DNA of 64,000 nt, taken from Nitrospirota bacterium. Its GTDB lineage: Bacteria > Nitrospirota > Thermodesulfovibrionia > Thermodesulfovibrionales > JdFR-86. Where the stretch lies: positions 1,424,081 to 1,488,080 of the forward strand of contig CAVRJY010000001.1 in NCBI GenBank assembly GCA_963721805.1, given 5' to 3'. Shown piece after piece: positions 62,007 to 64,000 of this stretch (positions are counted from its first letter, which is position 1; every line of letters begins with the position of its first letter). Both the position numbers and the translations under genes were made by a program. The notes under the pieces were generated by a model, which worked only from the letters and a program-made list of their open reading frames with translations, did no database searches and was not told where the DNA came from.

Positions 62007-62771
62007 ATGAAGGCATATCTTATATCTATGATCGCAATAATTGTTTTATTGAGCTGCAAGGCGGCTGAACAGCCATCTTTCATCGACCCCGCCACCGGCA
62101 TGGAGTTCGTGAAGGTCAGTGGCGGATGTTATCAGATGGGGGACACATTCGGAGACGGCGAGCTTGACGAGCGCCCCGTCCACAAGGTCTGCGTTGGAGA
62201 TTTCGATCTCGGCAAGTTCGAGGTGACCCAGAAGCAGTGGCGGGATGTGATGGGAGAAAACCCCTCCGAGTTCAGTCAGTGCGGCGGGGATTGTCCGGTG
62301 GAAAACGTAAGCTGGGACGATGCGCAGGATTTTATAGCCGCGATCAACAGGAAATACGGCGTGCGATACCGGCTCCCGACAGAGGCCGAATGGGAGTATG
62401 CGGCCCGCAGCGGCGGCAGGCGTGACAGGTACTCAGGGACTAGCAAAGAAGCCGCGGTCGAAGACTATGCCTGGGTCGCGAGCAATTCCGAAGGCCATAC
62501 GCATCCGGTGGGGGCCAAGAAACCTAACGGGCTGGGATTATATGACATGAGCGGTAACGTCTGGGAGTGGACCGGGGATTGCTATGATGACGGCTACTAT
62601 CAGCATAGCCCGGTGGATAACCCGGCGGGTCCGCCCACATGCCTCAGACGGGTGTTTCGGGGGGGCTCGTGGTTTCGGTATCCTGCGGATGTACGCGCGT
62701 CTCTGCGCAGCAACTATGCGCCAGATGTCAGACGCAGCAGTTTCGGGCTCCGCATGCTGAGAATGAAGTGA
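62007..62771 (+). CDS. formylglycine-generating-enzyme (SUMF1) domain lipoprotein
   Basis: Start taken at MKAYLISMIAIIVLLSC (lipobox). Motifs RLPTEAEWEYAARSGG, NVWEWTGDCY and RGGSW. Confidence 0.8.
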   Translation: MKAYLISMIAIIVLLSCKAAEQPSFIDPATGMEFVKVSGGCYQMGDTFGDGELDERPVHKVCVGDFDLGKFEVTQKQWRDVMGENPSEFSQCGGDCPVENVSWDDAQDFIAAINRKYGVRYRLPTEAEWEYAARSGGRRDRYSGTSKEAAVEDYAWVASNSEGHTHPVGAKKPNGLGLYDMSGNVWEWTGDCYDDGYYQHSPVDNPAGPPTCLRRVFRGGSWFRYPADVRASLRSNYAPDVRRSSFGLRMLRMK

Positions 62772-62866
62772 TCCTCTGGGTCACGGCCACGGTCAGCATC
62801 GGGCTCACCGTCTACTCCCTGCTTATATGAAGCCATACAGCCAATAATACGCGCTATAATAATCAC

Positions 62867-63316
62867 ATGAGCATCGTCCTCGTCAGCGCCTGTCTCGCCG
62901 GCTATCCGTGCAGGTATGACCGCACCCACCGCTTAAACGAAAAGGTCCGCGCCATGGTGCGCGAGGGCCTCGCGGTGCCGATATGCCCCGAGCAGCTGGC
63001 CGGGCTCGGCGCCCCCCGGATGAAGATCGAGTTCGACTCGGAGGGCGGCGGCGCGGCCGTGCTGGACGGCCTCGGAGGAGCGCATTTCGAGGACGGCACG
63101 GACTGCACGGTCGTGCTTATGAGGGCCGCCGATGAGGTGCTGCGCCTGGCTAAGTTATACGGGGCCACCGGGGCCGTGCTTAAGGACGGCAGCCCGTCGT
63201 GCGGGGTGACATACGTCTATACCGGCGGCAGGCGGGTGCCTGGCCGGGGCACGGCTGCCGAGCGCCTCAGGCGGGAAGGCATAGAGGTGCGGGGCGTTGA
63301 TACCCTTCAGGAGTGA
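62867..63316 (+). CDS. DUF523 (YbbK/TudS-like) protein
   Basis: LVSACLAGYPCRYD...ICPEQLAGL...DGSPSCG. Confidence 0.7.
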   Translation: MSIVLVSACLAGYPCRYDRTHRLNEKVRAMVREGLAVPICPEQLAGLGAPRMKIEFDSEGGGAAVLDGLGGAHFEDGTDCTVVLMRAADEVLRLAKLYGATGAVLKDGSPSCGVTYVYTGGRRVPGRGTAAERLRREGIEVRGVDTLQE

Positions 63317-63968
63317 CGTCCGCTCGCGTACGTTTCCGTATTTCACAATCGGGATAATCGCGCTAAACGTGGCTGTGTTCGTGTTTTCGCTATATGCCGG
63401 GATCGAGCCGGTGACGATGCTGTTCGGCGCGGTCCCGCTGGCCCTCATGTCCCACGTGAGCCCCCAGCCGATAAGCCCCCTGGCGACCGTCTTCACCTCC
63501 ATGTTCCTGCACGCGGGGTTTCTGCACATCGGGGGCAACATGCTCTATCTGTGGATTTTCGGCGGCAATGTCGAAGACAGGATGGGCCACATGAGGTTCC
63601 TCGCCTTTTACCTCAGCGGCGGGATAGCGGCTGCGTATTCGCACGCGATCTTAAACGCGACCTCCACGATGCCGATGGTAGGCGCGAGCGGGGCGATATC
63701 GGCGGTGCTCGGGGCTTACATTTATCTATATCCCCGCGCCCGCATAGACACGCTGGTATTCCTGGGGTTCTTCTTCCAGATCATACGGCTGCCCGCCTTG
63801 ATAGTTATCGGGGTTTGGTTTATTATACAGGTCATCAGCGGGATGCTCTCTAGCGCGGCTAGTGAAGGCAGCATGGGCGGCGTTGCCTGGTTCGCCCACA
63901 TAGGGGGCTTTCTCTACGGCCTGATCACCGTATTTATCTTCGTGCCTGGAAGGAGGCGCTTGGCGTGA
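63297..63968 (+). CDS. rhomboid-family intramembrane serine protease
   Basis: HAGFLHIGGNM, GASGAISAVLGAY and AHIGGFLYG. Confidence 0.85.
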   Translation: MIPFRSDVRSRTFPYFTIGIIALNVAVFVFSLYAGIEPVTMLFGAVPLALMSHVSPQPISPLATVFTSMFLHAGFLHIGGNMLYLWIFGGNVEDRMGHMRFLAFYLSGGIAAAYSHAILNATSTMPMVGASGAISAVLGAYIYLYPRARIDTLVFLGFFFQIIRLPALIVIGVWFIIQVISGMLSSAASEGSMGGVAWFAHIGGFLYGLITVFIFVPGRRRLA

Positions 63969-64000
63969 TTATTGTCTGCCCTCGGTGCCAGACCAAACTC
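63965..64000 (+). CDS. zinc-ribbon (MJ0042-like) protein, N-terminal fragment at window edge
   Basis: The GTG overlaps the rhomboid stop. It begins VIIVCPRCQTKL. Confidence 0.4.
   Translation, partial: MIIVCPRCQTKL

Overview
This is a high-GC (about two-thirds G+C) bacterial chromosome segment. It is densely packed with housekeeping genes on both strands.

Main housekeeping content:
- panD-gatC-pcrA-glmS-glmU-yebC
- purN-hpt-queD-pmbA
- mtaB-miaB, zapB/zapA, trpEGD
- a complete N-type (atpDC-Q-BEFAG order) ATPase operon
- pfk, fba and rpsB-tsf-pyrH-frr

The window is also rich in regulators:
- two sigma-54 activators with matching -24/-12 promoters
- three GGDEF proteins and one HD-GYP protein

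RNA genes are tRNA-Gly, tRNA-Cys and a clear tRNA-Sec (selC). selD carries an in-frame TGA (Sec) that truncated it in the ORF track. I saw no rRNA and no CRISPR array.

The one clearly accessory region is about 26.8-32.5 kb. Two inverted copies of a ~124-nt imperfect palindrome bracket a segment holding these elements:
- a frameshifted mtfA-like peptidase gene
- an AT-rich (about one-third G+C) foreign gene for a P-loop NTPase with an unrecognised N-terminal domain and a HEPN-like tail
- an IS200/IS605 element that has cut off that tail
- an IS481-family element with an 8-bp target duplication, inserted into a 14-bp-periodic GGAACCAGTTCC repeat array
- a small HTH gene

The NTPase/HEPN-like gene is my best candidate for an undescribed defence-type system.

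A major caveat concerns sequence quality. At least 11 conserved genes between 26 and 58 kb, including the essential rpsB, pyrH and frr, need single-nucleotide frame corrections. Indel errors are likely, so pseudogene calls are provisional.

All calls rest on reading the ORF translations and the sequence by eye. No database search was possible.
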